DNA of 64,000 bases from Planctomycetota bacterium (GTDB taxonomy: Bacteria; Planctomycetota; UBA8108; UBA1146): positions 112,122 to 176,121 of the forward strand of contig JAYZTT010000016.1 of the NCBI GenBank assembly GCA_036125855.1, in the 5' to 3' direction. Shown here piece by piece: positions 1 to 9,386 of this stretch. A model generated the notes under the pieces. The model was not told the origin of the DNA and ran no database searches. It was given only the letters and a program-made list of their open reading frames with translations. The stretch's first letter is position 1; every line of letters starts with the position of its first letter. The position numbers and the translations under genes were made by a program.

Positions 1-1241
1 ATGAAGAAGAAGGTGGTCGCCACGGAAAACCAGATGGTCAGCTTGCGGAAAAACACCAGCGGTTCCATGTCACCGGCGAGCAGGTCCTTGCCGGCCATCA
101 TGCCGACGCTACCGGTGTAGCCGACCGCATCGGCGAGGCAAATGGTGAAAACTGCGGTGCCCGGAAAACGAGTCGCGGCCATCACCCGTTCAAAGAGTAA
201 GGAACCGAAGGGAACATAGGCGAGATAGGCACCGAGCCCGACCATCACCATCCACTGCAAGCCATCGATGGTCCCGGAATCGTAAAGGGGCACTGACACT
301 CCCAGCATCAAGGTGCCCACGATCAACAACCCAAAGGAACAAACCAGGCCCTTGCGATGGTCGCGAACCAGCGACAGCAACATCAGGGTTGCCAGCACAC
401 CGAAGGCAACCCATAGCTCAGAACGAGAAAAGATCGCCGGCTCTTCGGCGTAACCGAGGCCGGCAAAGATCTCGACACCGAAGTTGTCTCGGTAATCTCG
501 ATAGACGGTCAGCAGCAGATAGCCACCGAGCAACAACACCATTCCCGGCAAGAACTCCAGGATGAAGCGCATGCGACCTTCCGCCTCCATCGGAGTGCGT
601 TGGTTACGATCCAGCTCATCGGTTTTATCGGGTTCAGGAATCTGATCGAGCAACCACAGGAAGAACAGGAAGGGGGCCAAGAAAATCAGACCCGTGACAA
701 AAGGCATCCACGCCTCGGAAACCCCTTCGGACATCACCCAGCGCCCCACGTCCTTGACGATGCCGCTGGCGATGATGAAGGAACAGGAAAGCCCCGCCAG
801 CAACATCTCCGAGGTACGCCGTCCTTCCAGATAGCGAGTGACGACTCCCCACACCGACCCCAGGGCCAGGCCGTTCAGGAACATCGCAACGACCTGTAAC
901 GTCGAGGAGCCAGAGGCCAGCAACAGCAAGGCAAGCTCGGCAACAATGATGAGACCGGCAAGAAATGGAACCCTTTGGCTTCTCCGTAACTCGGAGCAAA
1001 CCTTGATACTGATGAATTTTGCCAGGGTATAACCCAGCAACTGGCCGATCACGAGTGCTGACTTGAGGGTCAGCCCACCGACCATCTCGTCACCCCAACC
1101 GGCAGCCGCGAACGGTTTTCGGAACGCGTACATGCAGAAGTAAACGCAAAAAGATGAGGCCACCGCGATGAAGGCCGCAGCGACCGGCGCTGATTTGAGG
1201 CTCCGGGTGAGGACTCTTTCTGATCGATTTGGGCTAGCCAT
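1..1241 (-). CDS. Polytopic membrane protein, MFS-like (resembles the DUF5690 family); C-terminal end lies beyond the window edge
   Basis: Absent from the ORF track because it is edge-truncated. Manual reverse translation from ATG 1241..1239 gives MASPNRSERVLTRSLKSAPVAAAFIAVASSFCVYFCMYAFRKPF..., open to position 1, with many hydrophobic helices. Confidence 0.6.
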   Translation of the reverse strand, partial: MASPNRSERVLTRSLKSAPVAAAFIAVASSFCVYFCMYAFRKPFAAAGWGDEMVGGLTLKSALVIGQLLGYTLAKFISIKVCSELRRSQRVPFLAGLIIVAELALLLLASGSSTLQVVAMFLNGLALGSVWGVVTRYLEGRRTSEMLLAGLSCSFIIASGIVKDVGRWVMSEGVSEAWMPFVTGLIFLAPFLFFLWLLDQIPEPDKTDELDRNQRTPMEAEGRMRFILEFLPGMVLLLGGYLLLTVYRDYRDNFGVEIFAGLGYAEEPAIFSRSELWVAFGVLATLMLLSLVRDHRKGLVCSFGLLIVGTLMLGVSVPLYDSGTIDGLQWMVMVGLGAYLAYVPFGSLLFERVMAATRFPGTAVFTICLADAVGYTGSVGMMAGKDLLAGDMEPLVFFRKLTIWFSVATTFFF

Positions 1242-1387
1242 CGGCGAGAGTCTCGTGCAACTTGCTCCTTGCAAGCCCGACGCGATGAGCGTTCGTCAGG
1301 CAGGACCACTCTCTGCCGACTGGCGATCAACGTCAAGGATGTGCGAAGGAACAGCAAAACGGCCACGAGACGTGGAGGGGTCGCGAC

Positions 1388-1771
1388 ATGATCACCAGCG
1401 TGCAATGGGAAGGTGGAATCGACGGCGAGCTGACCCTGGGACTCGATCAGGAGATCGTCAAAATTGATCGCCCGGGGGATCTGGTGGCCACCATGATGGA
1501 ACAGTCGTGCGAGCCGGATCTGCAGGCTTCAGCGCTGATCTATGGCTACTGTCTCGCCACCCAGGGGGTTCAACTGCCGCATCTGGTTCGTCAGGTTCTC
1601 AAAAAAACGGGGCCGTTCCTCAGAAGCGTGTCGATGGAATCGATGGCCCTGTATCGCGCCATCGAGCATTTCGGACAGTTCGTCCAGGATCACCCCGGAG
1701 AAGGGGATGAGCTGCGAGAGGCGGTCCTGGCGGAATCGACCCGCTATCACCAGGAACTCGCCAGCTCCTGA
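1388..1771 (+). CDS. Hypothetical protein (127 aa)
   Basis: ATG-initiated ORF with protein-like composition, divergent from the membrane-protein gene. No recognisable motif. Confidence 0.45.
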   Translation: MITSVQWEGGIDGELTLGLDQEIVKIDRPGDLVATMMEQSCEPDLQASALIYGYCLATQGVQLPHLVRQVLKKTGPFLRSVSMESMALYRAIEHFGQFVQDHPGEGDELREAVLAESTRYHQELASS

Positions 1772-1813
1772 AGACCCCTCGACAAGGGGCCCGTTCCAGG
1801 TTGCGATGTCATC

Positions 1814-2419
1814 ATGACGGAACAAACACCAGACCCACCACAACAGGGACAACCAGAACCGCACCCGGAACCCAGTCTCGAGCTTCCGCATGCCGGAAGG
1901 CTTTTCCTGATGATCCTGGCGGTGATCCTGGCTGCTGACTTGTGGACGAAACACGCCGTCTTCAAGTTCCTGGGCGTTACGATTTTTTTTGCCCCCGATG
2001 GCACTCCCGCCCTGACCGCCTCTGACCTCTACCCGGTCATGCCCGGCTTTGCACTGGAAGCGGCGCTCAACCTCGGTGCCTTCAACGGCTGGTTTTCGCA
2101 GGTTCCCTGGCTGCTGATCGGGATTTCAGCGCTCGCTCTACCCATCTGCTTTTACATAGTTTTGAAGGCAAAACATCGTCCGGCAATGATGGTAGTGGCG
2201 CTGGCTCTGATCGCCTCCGGTGCTCTCGGCAATCTGTACGACCGGATCACCTATGGCGGTGTCCGCGATTTCATCCGCTGGTCTGTTGAGCTCGGTGAAC
2301 GCGAATGGATCTGGCCCAATTTCAATATCGCTGACAGTGCCATCGTCTGTGGCGTTGGCCTCATCCTTTTACGGGAATGGAAGATTGCCCGGCGCGCTCG
2401 CGCCACCACTGATGGATGA
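1814..2419 (+). CDS. lspA: Lipoprotein signal peptidase (signal peptidase II)
   Basis: Carries the conserved boxes NLGAFNGWF, GNLYDRITYGGVRDFI and NFNIADSAI, plus 4 hydrophobic helices. The N-terminus has a Pro/Gln-rich extension. Confidence 0.85.
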   Translation: MTEQTPDPPQQGQPEPHPEPSLELPHAGRLFLMILAVILAADLWTKHAVFKFLGVTIFFAPDGTPALTASDLYPVMPGFALEAALNLGAFNGWFSQVPWLLIGISALALPICFYIVLKAKHRPAMMVVALALIASGALGNLYDRITYGGVRDFIRWSVELGEREWIWPNFNIADSAIVCGVGLILLREWKIARRARATTDG

Positions 2420-3689
2420 TCAGTAACAAGGGCACGCCGAAAACGAGCGCTCGCGTGCCAGCCGGAAGCTCCCACACCGCCAGCGCGCGCCAGTCATCGA
2501 GAACCCGGTACTGGAACAGAATGGTACAGGTCAAAAGCATCGATGCCCGGGAGCGTTCCATGATCGCTGCCGGGAGCAACCACAGCAGGTACCAGGGATG
2601 AAGAGTCGGGCTCAGCAGGGCAAAAGCAAGACTCACCAGCAGGAACCCGCGCCACGGCTGAACAGCTCGACAGTGCCAGGCGACCGCCAGCCACGCCAGA
2701 AACAGAAACCCACGCAACCACTGAGCGCCGGCGGAATATCGGTCTTCCGGGTTCAGCCCCAGCAGTTCACCAAGGGGGCGAAACAGCAGATCTCCCGAGT
2801 ACCAGGAGCTGCCATATTCACGCAGCCCTTCGCTGGCAGGGCCTGGATCGCTGCCTGCAAACGGGACCAGCAGCACAAGCATGGTGATCAGTAGCGGAAC
2901 CCAGACCTTGCCGCCGCCACGTCGTACCAGCAAGGGGATCCAACCCACCGGCAACAGCTTGGCGACAATAGCCGCCCCGATGGCAACCGCCGCCATTCGA
3001 CCGCGATTCGCTGTCAACAAAACGATTGCCACCGTCATCAGCAATACTGCGATAATTTCTGGATGCCCACCGATCGCACACTCCAGAATCGGCAGCGGAT
3101 GCCACCACCAGAGGATGGCTCGCCTTGGGTCTTGCCCCGCTCGGCGCAAGGCAACCGCGAGAACGCCACCGAGAATCATGTCGAGGCATAACATCGAAAA
3201 TCTCCAGCTGAATTCGGTGTGGGCCACCACTCGAAAAAACAACTGGCTCAATGGGGGGTAAACGGTTGGTACATCGGGGTGATTGACCTGCTGTCGGATG
3301 GAATGCCAGCGAGAATTCTCGGCAACTGGATCGAAGACTGGATCCGCTGGAGCGGCGAGATAGGGATCGAGACCCTCTCTCTGCACCTGCCCATCCCACA
3401 GGCATCGATACAGATCATCGCTGAGAAACGGATCGACGCCGAGCAGCAAGACTCTCACCACCCCGGCAGCCAGGATGATCGTCCACAGAGTTCGCCGTGT
3501 GGCACCGACACGAGGCAAGATCGAGGCGACCCAGAACGCCGGAACCACCAGCAACATGGCAAAAAAAATCGAAAGAAATACCGGCGAGGTGGAGTCGGTG
3601 GGAGCGGCCCAGACTCGCCAGGCAAACCATCCGCCAGCAAAGAGCATCGTGCAGACCCCGAACCAGAACATCGGCCTGGAGCTGATCAT
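2361..3689 (-). CDS. Integral-membrane glycosyltransferase-like protein (GT87/DUF2029, PimE-like)
   Basis: Multi-TM protein with the motif DDLYRCLWDGQVQREGLDPY, typical of polyprenol-phosphate-sugar dependent GT87/DUF2029 proteins. Start placed at ATG 3689, which forms an ATGA overlap with the upstream stop; the ORF itself is open to 3812. Confidence 0.6.
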   Translation of the reverse strand: MISSRPMFWFGVCTMLFAGGWFAWRVWAAPTDSTSPVFLSIFFAMLLVVPAFWVASILPRVGATRRTLWTIILAAGVVRVLLLGVDPFLSDDLYRCLWDGQVQREGLDPYLAAPADPVFDPVAENSRWHSIRQQVNHPDVPTVYPPLSQLFFRVVAHTEFSWRFSMLCLDMILGGVLAVALRRAGQDPRRAILWWWHPLPILECAIGGHPEIIAVLLMTVAIVLLTANRGRMAAVAIGAAIVAKLLPVGWIPLLVRRGGGKVWVPLLITMLVLLVPFAGSDPGPASEGLREYGSSWYSGDLLFRPLGELLGLNPEDRYSAGAQWLRGFLFLAWLAVAWHCRAVQPWRGFLLVSLAFALLSPTLHPWYLLWLLPAAIMERSRASMLLTCTILFQYRVLDDWRALAVWELPAGTRALVFGVPLLLIIHQWWRERAGQSSIPVKG

Positions 3690-5686
3690 CGAGATCCAGG
3701 ATCGATCACCAGGGTTCCGTCCTGCTCCGCTCTCACTCGTGATCCTTGCGGCAACCAGAGGGTGGTGGTGGTGGAGATGATGAGAGCGGGCCCCTCGAGT
3801 GGCTCCTGGCAAGCGAGCGAACCGTGATAAACACGGGGAACACGTTTTTCCTCGCCGGATGAATCGGCGATGACCGAAACGATTCCCGGATCCCCCTTGA
3901 TCTCTTCCGGTACATTCGCCACAGCCTCGGCCGGGAGGGTTGCCGATACCCGCATCGCAACCGCCTCGATCTGACGTTCTGGCATCCGGTAGCCATATCG
4001 CTGCTGATACAGATCGCGGAACTGTTGCTGGGGTGAATCACCTGGCAGATATTCCAGATCATGGGCCTGACCAACATGCCTTGCCCGAAGAGTGGTCCTT
4101 ACCCGAGCTCGATCTCCGTCACCACCGGCTTCTGTAATTCTCGCCCGCACTTCCGTGACCAGTTGTTCTTCGATGGACTGGAACTGATCTCCAGCATCGG
4201 AGGTCAGCGGCTGCAGGAGCACCTGCTCCAGCTCTTCTGTCCAGGGGGCCTCCAGCATTCCGATGGCGCTGAGCACCCCGGCAGCTGCCGGCAAGCGGAT
4301 CTCCCGGAACCCACAGCTCCGTGCCAGCGAGACGGCATGCAATCCCCCGGCCCCACCAAAACAAACCAGGGTCATTCCTCTCGGGTCGACACCTCGCTGC
4401 TGGCTCACACGTCGGAGCGCTCGCTCCATCTCTGCATCCACCACCTCGATGATTCCGAGAGCAGCCTCCTCTGCTGTCATGTTCAACTGTCGCGCCAGGC
4501 CCATCATCGCCACGCTGGCAGCATCCCGGTCGAGCGATAGTTCTCCGCCCAGCTGAAGATCCGCCGGCAAGCGTCCCAGCACCACATGGGCATCGGTGAC
4601 CGTCGGTTCGGTTCCACCACGGCGATAAGCAGCGGGTCCCGGATCGGCACCTGCACTGCGTGGTCCCACGCGCAACGCACCCCCGGAATCGACCCATGCC
4701 AGTGATCCACCCCCGGCTCCCACGGTATGAACATCGAGTAACGGCACCGAGAGAGGGACACCTCCGATCACAGAATTCCTGCTACGCCCCACCTCTTGAT
4801 CTTTTCCCACCAGACAGACATCTGTACTGGTACCACCCATGTCAAAAGCGATCGCCTCTCCTGAACCACAGCGAGCGGCGGCAGCAACGACGCCACCGGC
4901 AGGTCCCGACAAGATGGTATTTACTGCACGACAAGATAAGCGCTGCCATGGAACCGCTGCCCCGGCAGAATCCATCACCCGAAGGGCTGCCGGGGCCAGA
5001 CCTGCGGCGAGGTTTTCCAGATAACGATCCATCACGGGAGACAGCGCGGCACTGGCACAGGTCGTGGTGAAGCGCTCCCACTCCCGCGGCTCAGCAGCCA
5101 TTTCTCTCGAAATGATCACCGGCACTCCCGCTGTAGACAGGAGTTCCCGGACTCTCTGCTCGTGAATTCCATTTTCGGTGCTGTGCAGCAATCCCACCGC
5201 TACCGCTTCGAAACCTCCACGGCAAATCTGATCGCGAAGCTGAAGGAGCTGTTGCTCATCCAGATCCTCATGGAGAGCCCCGCCGGCACTCAAGCGCCCA
5301 CTGATTTCAAATCGATCACTACCTGGAATCAGAGCGGCGGGTGGCTGTGGATGTAGGTCGTAAATCGCGGGTCTGCTCTGGCGGCCGATATCGAGCAGGT
5401 CAGCAAAGCCCTGGTTGGTCACAAACGCGGCACGGGCCAGCTTTCTCTCCAGCAAGGCATTGGTGGCCACGGTCGAACCATGAACCACTTCGTGCGGCGC
5501 CAGGCCATCCAGGGCCTCGAGAATGGCTCTCGCCGGATCATCGGGGGTCGAGGGCACCTTGTAGAGAGAAGTGGCCTGGCCCGAATCGATCACGATATCG
5601 GTAAAAGTGCCGCCGCTGTCGACCCCGATCCTCAACTTGCCCTCCCACACTTGCACCTTTCGATGCCGCACTTCAAGATGTTCCAT
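3686..5686 (-). CDS. Hydantoinase/oxoprolinase family protein (HyuA-like)
   Basis: Contains the ASKHA-fold hydantoinase A motifs RIGVDSGGTFTDIV and AFDMGGTSTDVCLV. Start uncertain: ATG 5686 was chosen, but the ORF is open to 5746. Confidence 0.85.
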   Translation of the reverse strand: MEHLEVRHRKVQVWEGKLRIGVDSGGTFTDIVIDSGQATSLYKVPSTPDDPARAILEALDGLAPHEVVHGSTVATNALLERKLARAAFVTNQGFADLLDIGRQSRPAIYDLHPQPPAALIPGSDRFEISGRLSAGGALHEDLDEQQLLQLRDQICRGGFEAVAVGLLHSTENGIHEQRVRELLSTAGVPVIISREMAAEPREWERFTTTCASAALSPVMDRYLENLAAGLAPAALRVMDSAGAAVPWQRLSCRAVNTILSGPAGGVVAAAARCGSGEAIAFDMGGTSTDVCLVGKDQEVGRSRNSVIGGVPLSVPLLDVHTVGAGGGSLAWVDSGGALRVGPRSAGADPGPAAYRRGGTEPTVTDAHVVLGRLPADLQLGGELSLDRDAASVAMMGLARQLNMTAEEAALGIIEVVDAEMERALRRVSQQRGVDPRGMTLVCFGGAGGLHAVSLARSCGFREIRLPAAAGVLSAIGMLEAPWTEELEQVLLQPLTSDAGDQFQSIEEQLVTEVRARITEAGGDGDRARVRTTLRARHVGQAHDLEYLPGDSPQQQFRDLYQQRYGYRMPERQIEAVAMRVSATLPAEAVANVPEEIKGDPGIVSVIADSSGEEKRVPRVYHGSLACQEPLEGPALIISTTTTLWLPQGSRVRAEQDGTLVIDPGSR

Positions 5687-5754
5687 CGGAAAGGAAACCG
5701 ATGGAAGCCAGAACCACCTCCGCGCCCCATCATTGTGCATCGGCAAACCAGCAG

Positions 5755-6552
5755 ATGCGCGCGGTCCTTTTGTGGATCATCGTTTTCCTGTCCATCGCAG
5801 GTTGTAACAACCCGCAAGCTCGCCATTCTGCCCCGACACAGGGGCAGAACATCGGTGCCGAGAAACTGTGGCAAAAAGCGCGTACAGCCTGGTTGCTCGA
5901 CGATGTGGCCACCGCTCAGGTTTCCTTCTCGCGTTTTGCTGAACAAAATCCGCTCGATGCTCGCAGCGGGGAGGCGTTGCTGAGTGCCGGGATCTGCGCC
6001 CAGCGTCGCGGTCGAAGCGAAGAGGCGGAGGGCCTGCTCCGAGAAGCCCAATCCCGTGGCGGTGCCGTTTCCGCCAGGGCTCTGCTACAGCGAGGATACA
6101 TGGTCTCTGCAAACCAACCCCATCTGGCCATTCCTCGCTTCAAGGAAGCCGCCCGTCTGGCGACCGAGATGGAAACGAGGGCTGAAGCCTGGTTACAACA
6201 CGGCATCTCATTGCAACGCGCCGGATTCTTTCAGGAAGCCAGAGAACCTCTGGAGCAATGCTCCGAACAGAATTTCGCTCCTGGACTTTCAGCGAGGGCG
6301 CGTCTTCAGCTACAGTACGATCCGTGGTTCACGGTTCAGGTGGGAGCCTTCCTCGAGCACTCCCATGCCCTGAGCCAGTTGCAACAGCTGGAGCAAGCGG
6401 GGCTGCCAGCGGAAATCAGGTCTCCGGGTCGTAAAGGATCTCCCCTGTATCGGGTACTTTCAGGCCGATTCGATCAGCGGGACCAGGCGAAACGTCATTC
6501 GTTAAAGGTACGCGCAGCACTCGGAATAGATGATGCGAGAGTAATTCCATGA
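5755..6552 (+). CDS. SPOR-domain lipoprotein with TPR-like helical region
   Basis: Signal peptide with lipobox MRAVLLWIIVFLSIAGC. The C-terminal FTVQVGAF...LYRVLSGRF...AKR segment matches the SPOR peptidoglycan-binding fold pattern. Confidence 0.7.
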   Translation: MRAVLLWIIVFLSIAGCNNPQARHSAPTQGQNIGAEKLWQKARTAWLLDDVATAQVSFSRFAEQNPLDARSGEALLSAGICAQRRGRSEEAEGLLREAQSRGGAVSARALLQRGYMVSANQPHLAIPRFKEAARLATEMETRAEAWLQHGISLQRAGFFQEAREPLEQCSEQNFAPGLSARARLQLQYDPWFTVQVGAFLEHSHALSQLQQLEQAGLPAEIRSPGRKGSPLYRVLSGRFDQRDQAKRHSLKVRAALGIDDARVIP

Positions 6553-8063
6553 TCAAACGTCCAGCGAATGAACACGGTTATGTGTTTCTAATTATCATCC
6601 TGCTATTGGTCGTGCTGATGATGGTCGTGCCTTTTTTTGTTTTTCGCGCAACCCCTGTGCTAGTACCGGCCGGTCCACCCCTCACAGCGCCATCTGTACT
6701 GGTCACTACCGACAATAGCGAACCAGGAATGGTGCAAGTCTATACTCCCGACACGGCATGGATGGGCTACATCGGAGACGCGTTGTCGCGACCAATCCCT
6801 GGTGCTCTCGTCAGCTCAGGAACTACAGATGATCCGGGCTACCGTTCTGCTTTCTCCGATGACCACGGCAAGTTTGTGTTGTTGCTCCCTCCAGACGAGC
6901 ACCCCCTCGTGACCATCCAGGCAGATGGTTACTACCAGACCGTCGTGGAGCTGGACGAGGGAGAGACCAACACCTACAGGCTGTTTCGTGGCGGTGTGCT
7001 GGCAGGGCAGGTTCGGGGACACGTCTTCATCCTCAAGGGAGAAGATCCGGTTGAACCGAAGCCGATTCCACTGGCGAGTCTCGAGGTCGCAGGTGTCAAC
7101 GGCTGGTATGCCGCAATCTCCGCCGATGAGGAGGGGCGATACTCGGTCGTCGTTCCGCCAGGAAAAATCGTCGTGACCGCGCGCTCGCAAAGCCATGCCG
7201 ATGCTCGTTTCGATGACCTACAGCTGGCTCGAGATGAAGTCCTGGAGCGCGATTTCATCCTCGCGGCAGGTGTATTCCTCGACGGGTTTGTGCTGGGAGA
7301 GGAATTTCCGGCCGAAGGGGCGCGTGTCCGTTTATTCAACGAAATCAAGGATGGGGCAGATGTCATCGCTGGCGAGATGGGCAAGTTCAAGATCGAGGGA
7401 CTCGGTTCCGGGTTCGCCAAGGTTCATGTGGTTCACCAGGGATTTCAGGAAAACCTGTGGGAGATCATCATCCCGAATGATCGCATGGGGATCCGCAGAC
7501 CATTCGCCTTGCTGAAGGCGCAGCCGTTTGAACTCACAGTTCTCGACCAGCATCAACAGCCAGCTCCCGATGCCCGGATCAGGATCCGTAGATCGGGTAT
7601 CACCATCGTTGATACCGTCGCCTCGGACCAGGAGGGGCTGAACGTGCTCGCTTCCGCAAAAACCTACCAGATCGAAGCGCGTCTTCACCGGATGGTAAAT
7701 GGTGCCCCGGTCAGTTTGCCTGCTCGTATTTTTCGATACACCATGCCGGAACAAGGCCCCGGCGAGTTGACCATCCAGTTGAGGCCCGGCGGCAGAATCA
7801 CCGGGCTGGTCGTCGCACCCAATGGAGCGCCGGTTCCTGGAGCATCGGTACTGGTCAGAGAAAGAGACGTCCCCCCCGACGAGGCATCTCCTCCTCGACT
7901 TCTCAAAACCAATCGGAGCGGAGCATTTCGCAGCGAGCCATTCGCCATCGGTAAATGGGGATTGACCATCAGCCACCCGCAACTGGGTGTGGTCATGGTC
8001 GAGACCACCATCGAAGAGGGGAAAACGACGAGCCTTGGCCAGCTGAAGCTCGCCAGTCCCTAG
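6549..8063 (+). CDS. Membrane-anchored protein with repeated carboxypeptidase-regulatory-like beta-sandwich domains
   Basis: N-terminal TM helix YVFLIIILLLVVLMMVVPFFVF, then repeated segments of the type G.V.D..G.P...A.V. ATGA overlap with the SPOR gene stop. Confidence 0.55.
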   Translation: MIKRPANEHGYVFLIIILLLVVLMMVVPFFVFRATPVLVPAGPPLTAPSVLVTTDNSEPGMVQVYTPDTAWMGYIGDALSRPIPGALVSSGTTDDPGYRSAFSDDHGKFVLLLPPDEHPLVTIQADGYYQTVVELDEGETNTYRLFRGGVLAGQVRGHVFILKGEDPVEPKPIPLASLEVAGVNGWYAAISADEEGRYSVVVPPGKIVVTARSQSHADARFDDLQLARDEVLERDFILAAGVFLDGFVLGEEFPAEGARVRLFNEIKDGADVIAGEMGKFKIEGLGSGFAKVHVVHQGFQENLWEIIIPNDRMGIRRPFALLKAQPFELTVLDQHQQPAPDARIRIRRSGITIVDTVASDQEGLNVLASAKTYQIEARLHRMVNGAPVSLPARIFRYTMPEQGPGELTIQLRPGGRITGLVVAPNGAPVPGASVLVRERDVPPDEASPPRLLKTNRSGAFRSEPFAIGKWGLTISHPQLGVVMVETTIEEGKTTSLGQLKLASP

Positions 8064-8066
8064 GGG

Positions 8067-8885
8067 CTATTCGTCGAGCAGCCAATCCGCAACGAAAATA
8101 TTGAACTCCTGGGGATCCTGATCGTTTCGCTGCGAGATGAAAAGGAGGCGACGACCATCAGGAGAAAAAACCGGATCCCCATCGAATCCGGCCGCAGTGG
8201 TCACCTTCTCCAGCATCTCCCCAGCCGTGCCAACGCGATACAGATCAAACCCTGTGCCCCCGATGTCCGATGAGAAGATCAGGTTTTTTCCATCTGGAGC
8301 GAAACAAGGGCTGCAGTTGTAGGCCCCGTTACTCACCACCTGGATCACGCCTGACCCATCGGCGCTGGCAATGTACACATCCAGTTGACCAGGACCATCG
8401 GCACCGACTGGCACCGGCCCGTTATATCGCTTCACCTCCGCTTCAGGATTCTGGTCATCCCGGTAGCCGTGAAAGCAAACCTGAAGCCCATCGGGTGAGG
8501 TAGCGACCTGTCCATCTCCGAGCTGAGCCCATCGCAATGGTTCCGCAGGAGGTTGGACCCCATCGCCGGTAACCTGTAATAAACCGGAGCCGTCGATCGC
8601 CACGACGTATTGCTCGCGGGAGGAGTGGGGTGGACGCATCGACGAGAAGCCCAGCCGTTGCCCTGTTGGGCCCCAGAATGGTCGCCGGTTATCACCGCCA
8701 TCGGTCAACTGGATGATGTTGGCGAAGTGATTTTCCCCGGGCAGATTATCAACTAGCCGGGGTAAGGGGTCATTCTGGGTGATATCGAGGGGTGATGGGG
8801 CGGTGGTCGGCCTCGCCCCTCTCTCGAGACATCCGGGAGCCATCGTCACTGAGAGCCAGACCAGAACTGCTACTGCGATCCTCAT
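8067..8885 (-). CDS. TolB-like beta-propeller (PD40 repeat) lipoprotein
   Basis: Lipobox MRIAVAVLVWLSVTMAPGC and repeated blades TSPDG.., FAPDGKNLIFSSD, FSPDGRRLLFISQRN. Confidence 0.7.
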   Translation of the reverse strand: MRIAVAVLVWLSVTMAPGCLERGARPTTAPSPLDITQNDPLPRLVDNLPGENHFANIIQLTDGGDNRRPFWGPTGQRLGFSSMRPPHSSREQYVVAIDGSGLLQVTGDGVQPPAEPLRWAQLGDGQVATSPDGLQVCFHGYRDDQNPEAEVKRYNGPVPVGADGPGQLDVYIASADGSGVIQVVSNGAYNCSPCFAPDGKNLIFSSDIGGTGFDLYRVGTAGEMLEKVTTAAGFDGDPVFSPDGRRLLFISQRNDQDPQEFNIFVADWLLDE

Positions 8886-8975
8886 TTTTCTCGATTCCAT
8901 CTGGAGGTTCTGTGCGAGAAGATTCTGGAAGCGGCCGGCCTGTCCATCAAGGAGGCGGCCTGGCAGGGGGGAATC

Positions 8976-9386
8976 GTGTACGGCGAAACGATCACGTTCG
9001 AGACACCTGGGCGCGGATTACACGAGATCACGCTGCCCCTGAGCGAAGCGGTACAGCGCTCCGATGTAGAAACGGGGATCTGTTCCGTCTTCCTGCGCCA
9101 CACCAGTGCCAGCCTGATCGTCACCGAAAATGCAGACCCAACCGCCCGGAGAGACCTGGAACAGTGGTTCGAGAGGCTCGCTCCTGAAAACGACCCCTCC
9201 TACACTCACACAGCCGAGGGCGCCGATGACATGCCATCCCATCTGAGAGCGGCTGTCACGCGCACCTGTGAAAACATGCCGGTGACCGACGGCAAGCTGG
9301 ATCTCGGTCAGTGGCAGGGAATCTTCATCTTCGAACACAGGCAGCGCCCCCATCAGCGATCAATTAGCGTAAGGATATGGGAATGA
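8976..9386 (+). CDS. yjbQ: YjbQ/UPF0047 family protein (secondary thiamine-phosphate synthase type)
   Basis: Family-conserved segments SVFLRHTSASLIVTENADP, DDMPSHLRAAV and LDLGQWQGIFIFEHR. Confidence 0.85.
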   Translation: MYGETITFETPGRGLHEITLPLSEAVQRSDVETGICSVFLRHTSASLIVTENADPTARRDLEQWFERLAPENDPSYTHTAEGADDMPSHLRAAVTRTCENMPVTDGKLDLGQWQGIFIFEHRQRPHQRSISVRIWE

